Below are positions 37,250 through 49,859 of a DNA stretch of 64,000 bases, piece by piece. Under the pieces are notes generated by a model, which worked only from the letters and a program-made list of their open reading frames with translations, made no database searches and had not been told where the DNA came from. Location of the stretch: positions 38,440,001-38,504,000 of the forward strand of contig CM060732.1 in NCBI GenBank assembly GCA_030704615.1. The letters run 5' to 3'. A program made the position numbers and the translations under genes. Source of the DNA: Takakia lepidozioides. Lineage: Eukaryota > Plantae > Bryophyta. Every line of letters begins with the position of its first letter. Positions within the stretch are counted from its first letter, which is position 1.

Positions 37250-37940
37250 GAGAGAAAAAGTTTGGGTGGTGGATTCCAATTAATTTTGTGTGTATATTAA
37301 ACAGTTTAGGTACGGCAGTCAATTAGCAAGATTTTCCTATTCTTTCTCATATTGGTAAGGTTTTCCTGCAAGAAAAGAGCTGTCTGCTGTACTCTGTTTG
37401 CACTTAATTTTCAGTTGGTGTAGCTTCCATCATTCTCATTCTTTACAAAGTAACTCGCGTAAGAAAAGCTGACATGCAGTGCTGAGGCCCTACAATCTCA
37501 ATAGAAACATTCAATAAAGTGACTTTTACCTGACAGGCAGCATCCTGACATTTGACATACAGTGGGCCGTAGATTGTAGGACACACTTTGATCTTGACTC
37601 TGCCTGGTACCTGGTACCAGGCAATTACAATAACACTTGGATTGGAAGCTAGCTGCATAGTTTGTGTTATCTACAGTCACCACACGAGTGAGAGAAGAAA
37701 GCATTCAGCAAGATACTCCATAACGTGCAGGGGGGCTACCGGAGTGGTAGGATTGAATACATATAAGCCTCTTCATCATATACAATATTGGCGCTTGAGC
37801 AAAATGATCGTAGTTCGGAAATTTGTACAAGAGATGCTTGAACTTGCTGTACTGATGTCCAGAAGCATTTACTCTGCAAGTCAGCTAAAGTTCTAGAACT
37901 TAGTACCACATGATGACCTCTAAAATGCAAAATCTTCCCT

Positions 37941-38830
37941 CTAATCGACTTTCACCTCGATCACATCTTTCCTAGGAGCCTCCTTAGACTTGGGCACCGT
38001 CACGAGCAGCACTCCATTCTTGTACTCTGCCTTCACCATTTCCAGCTCGACGTTGTCGGGAAGGATCAAACGGGTAACGAAACTGGCATAAGACCGGGCG
38101 GCCATTTTGTCATCACCCCCGCTTTTGTCTGGATCTACTTTGTGCTCAGCCTTGATGAGCAAAGTTCCATCTTCCACAAGCACTTTTACCTCGTCCTTGG
38201 TAAAACCTGGCAAGTCAAACCTCAGCTTGAAAGCATCGTCATGCTCTATTACATCCCAAGGCGGACGCAACAATCCTGGTGGAGTGAAGTTCTGGAGGAG
38301 CTGCGAAGGGGAGCTAGGGAAGAGAGAATCGCTGAAGAATCGATCAACCGTTTCCATCATCTGCTGCAAAGTCCTTGTGGTATTGAAGATGGGATCAAAC
38401 AGGTCTGCACGATCCAAGTAAAGTTAGAGACTGTCAACATGAAACACACGTAATTTACTGTACCGTCTACATGCGCAAAACCCAACATATTGCAACTTGA
38501 GCACTAACCGAGAGGTCCCCCCTGGAATGGTGCAAGCTCATTTCTGTTTCTGCCCCTGTTTCTCCCACGGGAATAAGTAGCTGGAGCTCGGCTGCCCTCT
38601 TTTCTCTCAAGCTGCCCCGAGGCAGGATCTTTAGGATTGTTCCCAACGGCCTGCCCTGGGTTCTCATGGCCTGTGACTTTGCCCTGATCATGAGGAGTAG
38701 TTGCAGAGGTGAAGATGGGTCGAATGCATGCCTCCACCTTTAATGGCCTCACACTTTTCAATCCCCTACCCGTCAGCCTCGAAGCTAGCATCCGAGAAGT
38801 CATCATTGTACAAGTGCAAGCTGCCTGCAT
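37941..38830 (-). CDS. Organellar (plastid HSP21-type) small heat shock protein, 2 exons
   Basis: Transit-peptide-like exon 1, intron 38508-38405, Met-bristle-like DPIFNTTRTLQQMMETVDRFF and an alpha-crystallin domain (PWDV...RFDLPG...AEYKNGVLLVTVPK). Confidence 0.9.
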
Positions 38831-39080
38831 GTTTGAAAATCCGAAGTGCCTCTCCAGGGAATGTCTTTTTAATCTCTGCACCCATCGTCTTTTTCGTCTT
38901 CGTCTTCTTCAGATCAGCGCACTCAGCTGGCCAGCACCCCCATGCAGTCCACAGGGATGCCACTTGGCTGCCATAGATAAATCATCCAATCAGGCGATAT
39001 TCATCTCGCATCCGTGTGTATATCCATTCATCAGAATGCCCGTATTCAGGCTTCTTGTCAACTCCCTTTTACACCTTCCC

Positions 39081-39792
39081 CAGATAACACCTACCTTACA
39101 TTACCTCCCTGCAGGTAAATAACACCTGCCTCACATTACCTCCCTGCAGGTAAATTAAATTAACTGAAACCATCTGAGCAGTCAAACCCACCATCAACCG
39201 ACGTCACATTACCTCCCTGCAGGTAAATTAAACTAACAAACACCATCTGAGCCGTCAAACCCACCATCAACCGATGGCCAATATCGCAGAATCTAATACC
39301 AAAAAGGTGGTACAATGTTTTACTCATAAAAAGCTGCTGGGACCAGATAACACCTACCTCACATTACCTCCCTGTAGGTAAATTAAATTAACTGAAACCA
39401 TCTGAGCCGTCAACCCACCATCAACCGACATCACATTACCTCCCTGCAGGTAAATTAGATTAACTAAAACCATCTGAGCCGTCAAACCCACCATCGACCG
39501 ACGTCACATTACCTCCCTGCAGGTAAACTAAATTACCTGAAACCATCTGAGCCGTCACCCCACCATCAACCGACGGCCCAAATATCTCGCAGAATCTAAT
39601 ATCAAAAAGGTGGTAAAATATTTTACTCGTAAAAAGCTGCTGGACCAGATAACACCTACCTCACATTACCTCCCTGCAGGTAAATTGAATTAACTGAAAC
39701 CATCTGAGCCGTCAAACCCACCATCAACCCAAGCCCAAAATATCTCGCAGAATCTAATACCAAAAAGGTGGTAAAATTTTTTACGCTGCTGG
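39081..39792. repeat. Higher-order tandem array upstream of the sHSP gene
   Basis: Seven copies of acattacctccctgcaggtaaa. A ~73-bp unit A and a ~80-bp unit B are arranged as a(partial)-A-A-B-A-A-A-B-A-B. Confidence 0.9.
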
Positions 39793-42700
39793 ACATTTGA
39801 ACCCTCCTATGGGACCGTGGATGGATCCCCATTGACACAGATCTGAGGGCCCCATTGACGCAGATCTGGCCCTCCGACTCTCCACATCGACGTCTGGCCT
39901 CAGGCACGTTTCTGAAACCCTATCTTCACATTAGGCATCTTCATGCTATAAGTTTTTTGAATTAGCCACATGAAAAGAGAAAAAAATGATTTTCTTAAGA
40001 ATAAAAATGAAAAATAAAAACCAAATGTGGTGGACAAGGTAGATGGATGATGATTAGCAATGAGGATGAATATGATGACACTGTCGAGTCCATGGAGGGG
40101 CCTTTGGAAGTTACACGGAGCTCTTGCAAGATTGGGATTTTCTTGAATTTTTAGGAACTAGGCACGATTCTAGGTGTCGGGTGAGGTAAAGAGAGAAGAC
40201 GCAAGCATTGCCCAGCGTACTAAGAGCCACTTCACCTTTCATCTACAATCTTTTTTGAGGGTGGCCCTGTACCACCCTCTATATATTTATTTTTGCATAA
40301 TGGGCGTGGTATTATCTTCTCCTCTTTCTTTTGGCAGTGTTGCTTGAGCCTTGTGGTGGGTGCCTCATGCGAGGTGATTTTGAAAGAGCCTATTATTCTC
40401 TACTCTCGCTGTAATGAAAGGCACCTGATTTGTGATCGGTCTCTCCAAGGTGTTTCTCTTAAGAATAAAATAATAATAAAATCGTACATAGTATTGAACT
40501 TCTCATTGAACAATATTAGGGTCTTGAATGCCTCCACATGTATCTACGGCGGGGCCCACGTGTGGCAAAGGGGGTCACGGAGGGTGGGAGCTCCCCTACC
40601 CAGACTGGGCTAGTCTGCTAGGACCCACAATATACACATAAAGCAATATTAATTATTGCAATTGTTTGCAGAAAGTGGCAAATAGTGTGGTGGTTAAGAG
40701 CAATGAATAATAAAAATCCTGTCAGGTTGTACTGCGGCGATAATGTGTGTTATTAAATATATATTTTGTCGAAGGGGTCTGCCAGTCCGCTCATCAGTCT
40801 GCTGGAGGGTGCGCCCAGTTCGCTCGTTGGTCTGCTCGAGGGTCTGCCGGTCTGCTGGAGGAGGGTCTGCCCAGTCCGCTCGTCAGTCTGCTGGAGGTCC
40901 TGCCAATTGCTAGAAGGTTGGAGTCAGTTTGTTGGAGGGTCTGCTCAATCCGCTAGAAAGGCCGAGGCGGTAAATGAACAAGGACTTAGAAAAAATTCAG
41001 AATCTGCACTAGAAGAGAAACCGGTTTTTTTCCACGGCTTTTTCCACATTTTTTGCTGTGGAATCAGCCGCAGTCAACACCTGCCGTGGATGTAAGAAAC
41101 GACTAGTGCTTTCGGAAACCCCGTGGACGGTCTGGCTCTCGGGTGGCCCTGTGGAAAAGTCCACGGGTGGCTTTTTCCACGGGAGGTTTTTTTCACAGGG
41201 TGCATGGTGACATGGCCGCTGACATGGCCGATGGCATAGCTGACATGGCAGAGTGTGAAAAAGGCCAGTGTGGCATGTTTCACGGCGGATTTCACACCTT
41301 GAACAAGCCACTATGCGACACGTGTCATATTTCACACCTTCGACAAGTCACTATGCAACACGTGTTCGTTCCTGTGTGGTGGTACGCATTAATTAATTAT
41401 TAATGGATTTCCAATATTAAGTTTGAATATTAATGGATTTAATTTATTGTTATTATTATTATTATTATAGGGAAAATGGACAGTGGCCTTGATGAGAACA
41501 TTATTAAATAACAAAATATTGAAATTATGTTTTTAAAAACTATATTTATTCGCTCAGATACCAAAACACACCCTTTGTAGGAAAGGAGAGTTTGCCTTAG
41601 TGTCTATGCTGAGTTGCGTCTCCTACTCTCTGTAATCTAATAGGCATTCACTTTTTTCCCTCGGTTGTCCCACCCTTGACTGGGGTCAGAAAAGCATTCA
41701 TTCCACAGCTTCTCCTCGTCTCTGTTACATGTTTCTGGATACTTTCTTATTGTCACTTTGGCAGTATCATGTCAAAATCACTCCAAACTATGTACCATCT
41801 ACCCATGCAGGTTTCTTGTAGCTATCCTTCCACAGGGAATCATAAGTAATCTGGAGCTTGAAATCCGGCCCTCTTGGATGACACTCTATCCCTACTCCTT
41901 CAGCTATCCATGCCTCTGCACAGATCATGCATACATCCTTGCATTGCTGTAGATTTGTTCCAGCAAGCACCCAACTCAACTTATCACACCAGTTCCTATT
42001 CTCAATTATATTTACCACTCTGTAATCCAAAGGCATTTACCTTCCAAGACGGTTGTCCCACCATTGACTGGGGTCAGAAAAGTATTCATTCCACAGTTTC
42101 TCCTCTCTGTTACCTATTTCTGGATACTTTCATGTTGTCACTTTGGCAGCATCATGTCAAAATCACTCCAAACTATCAAAGGTTCACTCAACCAGCTAAC
42201 TTGCAGAATTCTTGAAACATGAAAATTTAGGGTGATTCTAATAAGAGGGGAAAACAGAGTGAAATGACATGGCATTGAAAAGAGAACAAGTTCATAGAGG
42301 GGGAATGGTACCTGGGAGATTCAATGAGCTGTTTCACCATGGTCGCTTGTAGTTGGATATCACTTGAGACGAAGTGGGGGGGGTATAGGGCATGTAACCT
42401 GACCTGCATTCTGGTGTTTTCATAATGTGAGAGTCCTTGGTCTGCCATTGTTGTGGATGTTTTGAGATGGTGAGCAGCAACCTGTTGTCTTAAGCATAGC
42501 GGAAATGTACATATATTGTTAGTGCTCATAATGATAAGTCCGAGTTCATGTATGGTGTGGCAGGCGCATGTGCCTTAGGGTGCATAGGTCGGAGACATAG
42601 AACGTTGTCAGCATGGTTATAGTAATTACTGGTACAACAATTGATAACATGCGCCATTTGGTAAGTAGACTTCAGATAAGTATGTAAAAATAAAGTGTTG

Positions 42701-42878
42701 ATCCAAGAACCGGGGCATGTATATCTAAATATATATCATAGGATGGAAGTGAGATAACGAAATCATAGAACAAGACAACATAAAGAACATGTACAGATAT
42801 CCTTGGATTTTTATCAAATAGAGGGGGGAGCGTGGCATGTACATTTGGAAAGCGGGCATGTGCATGAGAGTAAAATGA

Positions 42879-44126
42879 TCAGAAGTATACGGGCATGTGC
42901 CATTGAGTATACATCATAAACAGAAGGTGAAGTAAAGAGGTCACAGTACCAGACACCATCCGAAGAAAGAGACCAGGTACAGAGGTTGGGCAGCCTGAAT
43001 CTGTGAAGTTGAGAGTCCCAAGCAACGTCAAATCCCACCCACCATATATACTCAACCCCAGTCGATCGGCCTTAGTGGCAGGGAAAAGAATGGCAGCCCA
43101 CTCGCCAATGCTTCCATACCTCGGGGTGCTTAGTTTGTCAAACTCGGAGTTGAGGGAAAAACTACCAGCCAACGCGTGGGTGAAATTTGACGGAGCAACA
43201 GATTGGCCATAACCTGCACACATCTTCATACGCCCAATACATGCGGTGGCGCAGGGAGAAACAACCTCCTCAAAGAGACCATGACACAACTTAGTTAATT
43301 TGAAACCCTGATAAGTGAGAGCTTGTGCGTTGCGTTGTGCCTCCACTGGTCTAGAAATCTGGCTAGCATATGGGGCAGCCTGATGGCATGAGATCAGCCT
43401 AAGCCTGAATGGTTTTGGTGTCTTTGCCTTTTCCCAGTTCTCCTTGTCTACATGGAATGTGCCAGATCTCACTGATTGCAGAAGTTGGAGTTTATGCAAT
43501 AATACAACATCAATGTTGATCCATGCTCTTTGTATCAGGGATTGAGTTTCCTGCATCACCCCAAGGGCCTCATTAGAAGGCCTGAGATGCCATTCCGTGT
43601 TGCCATTGCCCCATAGCATCATCAACCACAGAGCCTGAAGCAATTTTAAGACTGCCTCCTGATGACACCTAGCCTTTTCCAGCAATTTGGCAGCATTTGT
43701 CAGGGATTCAAGCCGCTTGCAACCCTTGTGTTCACATGTTGTCTTTGAGATGATCAGATTATGGCCACCAAAAGGTGTTTGAGAGGGTTGATCAATGAGA
43801 ATGTAAGCCCAGATTTGTGACGTTCTTTCCTGAGAATTAGTGTGATACCGTTCACAGATCTGGCTAATGTCACCGAGGTTGGCCTGGCCCATAACAACTT
43901 GGAGATAGTGGCACAGCTCGATGCTCCTCATTGGCTCGTAGGGTTGACTAAAAACAGATATGTCCTTGCCCACGCAATGCTGCCGCAAGATCTGAAAGCA
44001 ACGCTTGAATTTGTCCTTGACAAATTTGGTTCTGGGAATGGATTGTAGAGCATAATGGGCTTGGAATCCACAAGCTGCAGACAGGCTTGAAAATCTATGA
44101 CTGAGTTGGTGGTACTGCCACAGCAT
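42879..44126 (-). CDS. Unrecognised 415-aa ORF inside the CACTA element
   Basis: Long stop-free frame, continuing upstream in the same frame past one TGA (44136-44318). No family recognised. Confidence 0.45.
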   Translation of the reverse strand: MLWQYHQLSHRFSSLSAACGFQAHYALQSIPRTKFVKDKFKRCFQILRQHCVGKDISVFSQPYEPMRSIELCHYLQVVMGQANLGDISQICERYHTNSQERTSQIWAYILIDQPSQTPFGGHNLIISKTTCEHKGCKRLESLTNAAKLLEKARCHQEAVLKLLQALWLMMLWGNGNTEWHLRPSNEALGVMQETQSLIQRAWINIDVVLLHKLQLLQSVRSGTFHVDKENWEKAKTPKPFRLRLISCHQAAPYASQISRPVEAQRNAQALTYQGFKLTKLCHGLFEEVVSPCATACIGRMKMCAGYGQSVAPSNFTHALAGSFSLNSEFDKLSTPRYGSIGEWAAILFPATKADRLGLSIYGGWDLTLLGTLNFTDSGCPTSVPGLFLRMVSGTVTSLLHLLFMMYTQWHMPVYF

Positions 44127-44499
44127 AGCCCTTGGTCAGGTCCTCTCCATCCACCACCAAAAGCCCCAGAAGGCCATCATGAACAAAGCCGACCTTGGCC
44201 ATTGTGCTGACGTGGAGCACGAAATCAACACCCAAGGGTTCCCTGCAACCAGAAAGCCAACGAACAGACTGTCAGAAATTGAGGAGAACCTTGTATAAGA
44301 ACAGATTGAAGCACTCATCTTACAAGCTTGTGACCATTTTCTCTTGCCTATAAAGTTACGCTCTGTAATGTAGACATATTCCCAGTTCCTACTACCTTTT
44401 AGTACCTACGCTCACAGACACATCCAAAGCTTGCTTCATGCCTCACTCTATCATTACAGCTCTGTCTATTTTTCCATAGGGAATCACCCATTCCCGCAT

Positions 44500-45195
44500 C
44501 ATTGCTCATAGGTCTCCAAAGCCTCCATCCGCGCCTTTGCTGTGCATATCTTGCAATCATCGCACTCCACGACACCACATCTCGTTCAGCCATACTGTCG
44601 AACACTTCCTTTGCATCCTTGATGCACCCATATTTGGCATAAATGCAATCCACCAGGGCAGTGTTCAGAATGACATCGGGTACAGCATGGTACTAACAGG
44701 AGCCAAAAGCCCACATTTGTAGGATGGACAAACTTCTTTACATCCTACATTAAGAAAAAGCCACACCTGGCGATTGCAATTGTCCCACCATCGTGAAGAA
44801 ACTCATGCCAGCTCTGCTCCGTGCTGCAAATTCAGGGCCGAGTCTGATGAGAGGGCAAAACAGGCTGAAATAGGTCGAAGAAGAAAGTGCCCTCACCACC
44901 TTGTCCTCGACCTTGTGTCATGACCCATGGAGGATTTGACTGACCATGAACCCAAGAGGACCTCTCGTGTCTGCTGCTTGTGTCTGTAGTCTGGCAATGT
45001 CGGATTGGTCAATGAGAACCACCACGGTGCAGTTGAGCGGGCAGAGATTGAAACACATGATGCGTTAGGGTTCAACCTGTCTGGCATAATTTCCTCATAT
45101 GTCTCCAAAGCCTTCGTACCACACTGCGATCATTGCATTCCACGACATGACATCTTGGCAGCCATTTTGTCGAACACACCCTTCGCATCCTTGGA
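44500..45195 (-). pseudogene. Two captured PLS-PPR (S-P motif) fragments at ~44500-44685 and ~45060-45195
   Basis: PDVILNTALVD..YAKYGCIKDAKEVFDSMAERDVVSWSAMIARYAQ..MEALETYEQ and KDAKGVFDKMA..SWNAMIA..ALETYEEIMPDR, both with frameshifts. Confidence 0.85.
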
Positions 45196-46779
45196 AAACT
45201 CATGGCTATTGTCCCACCATCGTGAAGGGTAAAACTCATGCCAACTCTGCTCTGTGCTGCAAATTCAGGGCCGAGTCTGATGAGAGGGCAAAACATGCTG
45301 AAATAGGTCGAAGAAGAATGTGCCCTCACCACATTGGCCTCGAGTTCCTGCTATCACGATGCTTGGCACTAAGAAAGACCGGACCCCAAAAAATGCTAAG
45401 TCCCGGCCCTGTACATCGCGACCTAGCAGCCCTAAATTCGAGCCAACTTTTGAAGTTTTTGAATGTTTTGCACCCTAACATTATATTAAATAATTATATG
45501 GTCCATGTAATTATGTGAAGGTATTTTTAGCTATATATATATGTTAGGGTGCAAAACGTATATATATAACAAGGTACAAAGGCCCTGGTTAATTTATTTA
45601 CTGGGTAAGGTTCATAGTCATGAAATGAGTAGTTAAAACAACTATTTCTATCTAATACTGATTTATATATTTCAATTTATATGAATTTAAAATATAATTG
45701 TGGAGTTGCTAATGAAGTTGTTGAAACCACTTACAATTTAAAATAAATCACCTTGTATAGAAACTCACCATGCTACCCACCTAGACCTGGGTTTCCTTTT
45801 TGGTCTCTTGTTAAAATTCTATATATCTTTTCGAAATATTCTGGTTTTTTCTTTGATGTGTGAGATGACAAAGTCCAAGCATGTCACATAAACAAGGAGT
45901 TCAACGTAAGGATGATGCAAGTGATTTGTGGCAAAAAATGTAAATAATGCCTATGCTTGTTTGTCCTAGTTGTATCATAGGTTGCAACGGAACAGGGCCA
46001 CCTTTGAATGTGATCCCCATGCTCATTTCACCAAGGGCATTATAGACTTCATAATGTAGAGATTGAAAATGGGGTGTAGTAGGGGGTGATTCTTCACTTG
46101 CTAGTAGCCCATCGTGCAGATTTCTAAACATGAATATGAAACTCATGATCATTTTCCAAGGGCATCATTCTCAAACTCCCCATACACCACAATGTGGAAA
46201 TTCTATGGTCCCATTTCACACATGTGTGTAACATGCCATGTAAACTAAGCCAACTCCCGCCACGCTCATGCCTGTTTTCACACCGTTCTTGCCTCGGGTG
46301 TGGATCACATGTGAGACACCCCACAGTTAGGGCATATTTTGACCCACACCTTGGCTCACTCTACAGACCCGTGATAAAAGCCGTGGAATATGTCAGGTGT
46401 GAGATGGCAGAGCCGTGGAAAAAGCCGGTTTCTCTTGTCCAGCTGGCCGACCCAGTGAATGGGCAGTTGGCTTATGAGCTCACCCCATGGGCCGTCCCGA
46501 GGGGGCCATAGGTGCATTCAAGACCCTAATATTAAATAATGAGAGGCAAGTACTGATGCACAATTTGTTTGCCGAAGAAATAGCGCGTCGTCGATGTTTC
46601 ATACTCTAGTTTTTTTTTCTCAAAACAAAAAATATCAGTGCCAATGAACAAATTAAAGGGTGATAAAAAAAACTCGTAGAGCCATGAAGGCTTACAACCT
46701 AGACTAAGTTAGTATCGGCTAATCCTATTGGAGGTTCCACTATTTTCAAGAAAATTAATCTACCAGCATCCCATGACCC

Positions 46780-47907
46780 ATGAGGAGAAATGGAGAAGCA
46801 TGTGCACTGCAGCAAGTGTGGGGAAGCCTTCACCCGTGAAGAGCTAGGCAAGCACATGAAGGTGTTCCATGAGCCTCTCAAGTGTGGGTGCGGGGAAGTT
46901 CTTGAGATGGAGGAGATGGTAAGCCATTCCATTTAAACCCATGTGAAGCAAAGTTTCTTGTCGATAAGGATTCTCTTGAAGATGTATATGGAAAACATCT
47001 CTTTTGTGGAGCTGAAGTGTGACTGCAGCCAGGAGCTGAAGGTAAGGTGAGGGTAGCAGCATGTACAGTGGCACCATCTGTCTCTGTCATGGCACCTGGA
47101 GATGGTCAATTAATCTCAAAGAAACATAGCCGATTAGTGACTGAAGCCAAGTAAATTGCAAGGCTCTTTGATCTTACCATGGAAATGGAGGAGAGCTAAG
47201 CAGAAGTACACTGATTGCAGGTTAAGCATCGCGCCACGTCTTGCCCGCAGCGCATGATTACGTGTCGCTTTTGTGGAGATCTGTTCCAAGCAGGCACTGT
47301 TGCAGAAAATATGCGCGACAGACTAAGGGGGCTGACTCATCATGAAAGTTCATGTGGGGCTCGAACTGCTGTTTGTGATACCTATGGCCGTGCAATTATG
47401 CTGAAGGAGATGGACCTTCATAGAGCTGCAGCTCATGGAGGCCAGCAGTCAATGGTAGATGTATCTGCATGAGCTAACCGGGGTTTGGTGGCTGGCTCTA
47501 TTGGTCAGAAAACTTCTATCTTCTCCGTTGATGCTTCACCAGAAGCGAATTGGGCTGGGAGCCTTATGGCAGACAATATGGCAAACCAGGTTGCAGGCCT
47601 TGCAGTCAATCAGGTGATCAACCAGGCAGCAAACCACATGCAAAAGCAAATGGAGTGCCCCATTTGTGGGATACAATTTGGAGGGGCAGATGGAGAGACA
47701 CGACTGAACTTGCACTTAGACAACGAGCATTTTTCTCCTCAGGCTTCTGCCGGAATGGACATCGATACTGTCCCTTCCACCTCATCAATCATACCAACCC
47801 ATACTGAAAGCACAACAAGGAGAACACTGTCTGTCTCGTGCCCTATTTGTGGTATGGCTGTTCACAGTGAGCGTGATCGCAGTTCCCACATTGACCTGGT
47901 GCATTAA
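46780..47907 (+). pseudogene. 3' fragment of a plant UFD1-family/TRAF-type zinc-finger gene (At4g15420-like)
   Basis: MEKHVHCSKCGEAFTREELGKHMKVFHEPLKCGCGEVLEMEEM | intron | VKHRATSCPQRMITCRFCGD...RDRLRGLTHHESSCGARTAVCDTYGRAIMLKEMDLH, then two CPIC zinc fingers. There is an in-frame TGA at 47470-47472, a Cys-to-Tyr change, and no 5' exons. Confidence 0.8.
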
Positions 47908-49859
47908 GTGAATTATCTTCATTGCTTTGTACACACTACCCAATTTTGTTTCAGTTGGACAGGATTTACTCACCGTCAGCATACCTCTCTCAGGGATTGC
48001 AACATGGGCTGGACAACTCCCATAATGTTTTGCACATTGTGGTCAATGTCAATGTGCAAGACTATGCAATATTGCTTGCAGCTGTAGACTTAGTTGGGGA
48101 AGAGAAACCCCATTATTGTTACTTGGCCTGATGGGCTTGTGGATAATGATCTTTGCATACTCAAGCTGGGCAACTGAGCAGGTGCGGATGTTGGTTTTCT
48201 CTCACCCCCTTTTTCTTTGTTGGCCCTGTGCCCAGGCAGAAGGGATTTGGAGATTTTATTCTGGGGATCAATTTTCACGGAACGAGTTAGTTGAAGACAA
48301 GTGTAGATGCATCCCATCCGTATTTACAGACGAACACACCAAAAATGCGGCGATCCACCGGTCTCTTCATCTCTTATTGACATGGCAGACGAAAAACTGC
48401 CCCATAGATAAGTTTACTGAAGATATCACATTTGCGTATAAACTATAAACCTGCACCATTTGCCATTTGTACCCAGTTTGGCAGATCTGCACATGCACCA
48501 AAGTTTATGCTTATTGTCGAGGACAATTCATGACATTGCCCACATTCTGAACCGCGCACAAATTCATGTCAATCTAGCATTTCAGATAGCCAGGAAAAAT
48601 TAAACGTTGCCAGAAAGACCATGAACTTGTACATATCCTGATGATTATATTAATGACATCGCTTGGACAAGCAGATAAATAATGTAAGGTGGTGGTATCT
48701 AGAAGTGTGCTTTTGAGCGGTGTGCACTGCTCAAAGGGTGCAGTGTTACAAAAATTACATTAGCACAATAGCAAATGAAGCAACAATCACTTGTGCAAAG
48801 CTCATAATTTTCCAATCACAGATGTATATTATATGTTTAAAAAAAAAAATTAGAACAGGGGGATTGTAGCCCTGTAAAACTTTATAAAAAGGTAAGGAAA
48901 AAATAATCTCACAAGAGCCATGACGGCAAAGAATAGAGGTTCCACTCATAACCAGCAGTCGATGAAGGGGCAAAGCCCAGGATAGAAGGGAGCTAAAGAG
49001 AAGCACTAAAACTACATTACGACGATTCCATTGGAACATGAACCAAAAGAAGCCAACAGTCATAAGGAAAGATGAAGGGGGTGAGTCCAAAGACAAAAGA
49101 GAGCTACCAAAGAAGCACGACAACTATATGCTACCACGCTTTCTTTTGGGAGCATCAAAAGATAATTGAGCCTTAGATTTTCCTTTTCTAAGACTACGCT
49201 TATGTCTCCAATTGACCTCGTCAAGAGGTGAACTCTTAGCACTGACGGAGCTGCACACCACTTTCAGGGATATATATATATATATCTATTGGCAATTGCA
49301 GCTGAAAATGGTGTCGCCTTATTTGCAATATGCAGCATGGGTCAGTAGTTGACAGTCCTAACCTACTCATTGAAGCCATGTGCTCTTCTTTCATAATGGG
49401 GTCTAATTTCATCATACTTTACATGTCTATTCCCACCATTATAGGTTCAGCGGGAATAGGTGCCCTTTCTTCGACCGCCCGTCCTGTGCCATTTGTTGAC
49501 ATGGCCTGAGCGTGGGCTCACGCCATGTCAGCCCCGCGTGAGCGTGCGCTCACCGCTCACGCCGTAGCGTTGTTCCATGCTCCAGGTTCAAATTGGAGAA
49601 TGCTCACTGGGGCAGAAAGGAACCAGAAGAAGATATTCCTTTAATGGTGAAGCTCAATGGGGGGATGGGATTAGATTTATCAGAGGAGGAGCAAATGACT
49701 CTAATGTCATAACAGTCAGCATTGGCAGCAAGGTTGACTGTGTGCGGGCAAGATAAGACACCATTACCATTGACATAAAAACCCATGCCTGAGATGCTGC
49801 TTTGAGTCAAGGAAATCGCATAAACAGCTTTTATCGTAAGCCCATCCGAGAACCCAAGC

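Larger units (their letters stand above)
41007..46442. mobile_element. Non-autonomous CACTA (En/Spm) element carrying gene fragments
   Basis: The left end is CACTAGAAGAGAAACCGGTTTTTTTCCACGGCT. The right end AGCCGTGGAAAAAGCCGGTTTCTCTTGTCCAG is its inverted repeat with a mutated terminus. The 3-bp TSD is CTG (41004-41006 and 46443-46445). There are subterminal ccacgg/ccgtgg repeats, the empty site is seen in copy A, and no recognisable transposase is present. Confidence 0.88.
40166..46769 (+). repeat. Dispersed repeat, copy B, split by the CACTA insertion
   Basis: Homology to copy A stops at gaatctg (41006) and resumes at gccgaccc (46446). Confidence 0.88.

Noticed and set aside
39081-39792. 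CRISPR-like array (palindromic repeats with spacers)
   Set aside because: The intervening sequences are themselves repeats, not unique spacers. The context is eukaryotic and no cas genes are present.
44844-45310. Hammerhead cores CTGATGA...GAAA in the duplicated blocks
   Set aside because: No proper stem II or stem III. The gagggca segment pairs instead with a downstream tgccctc.
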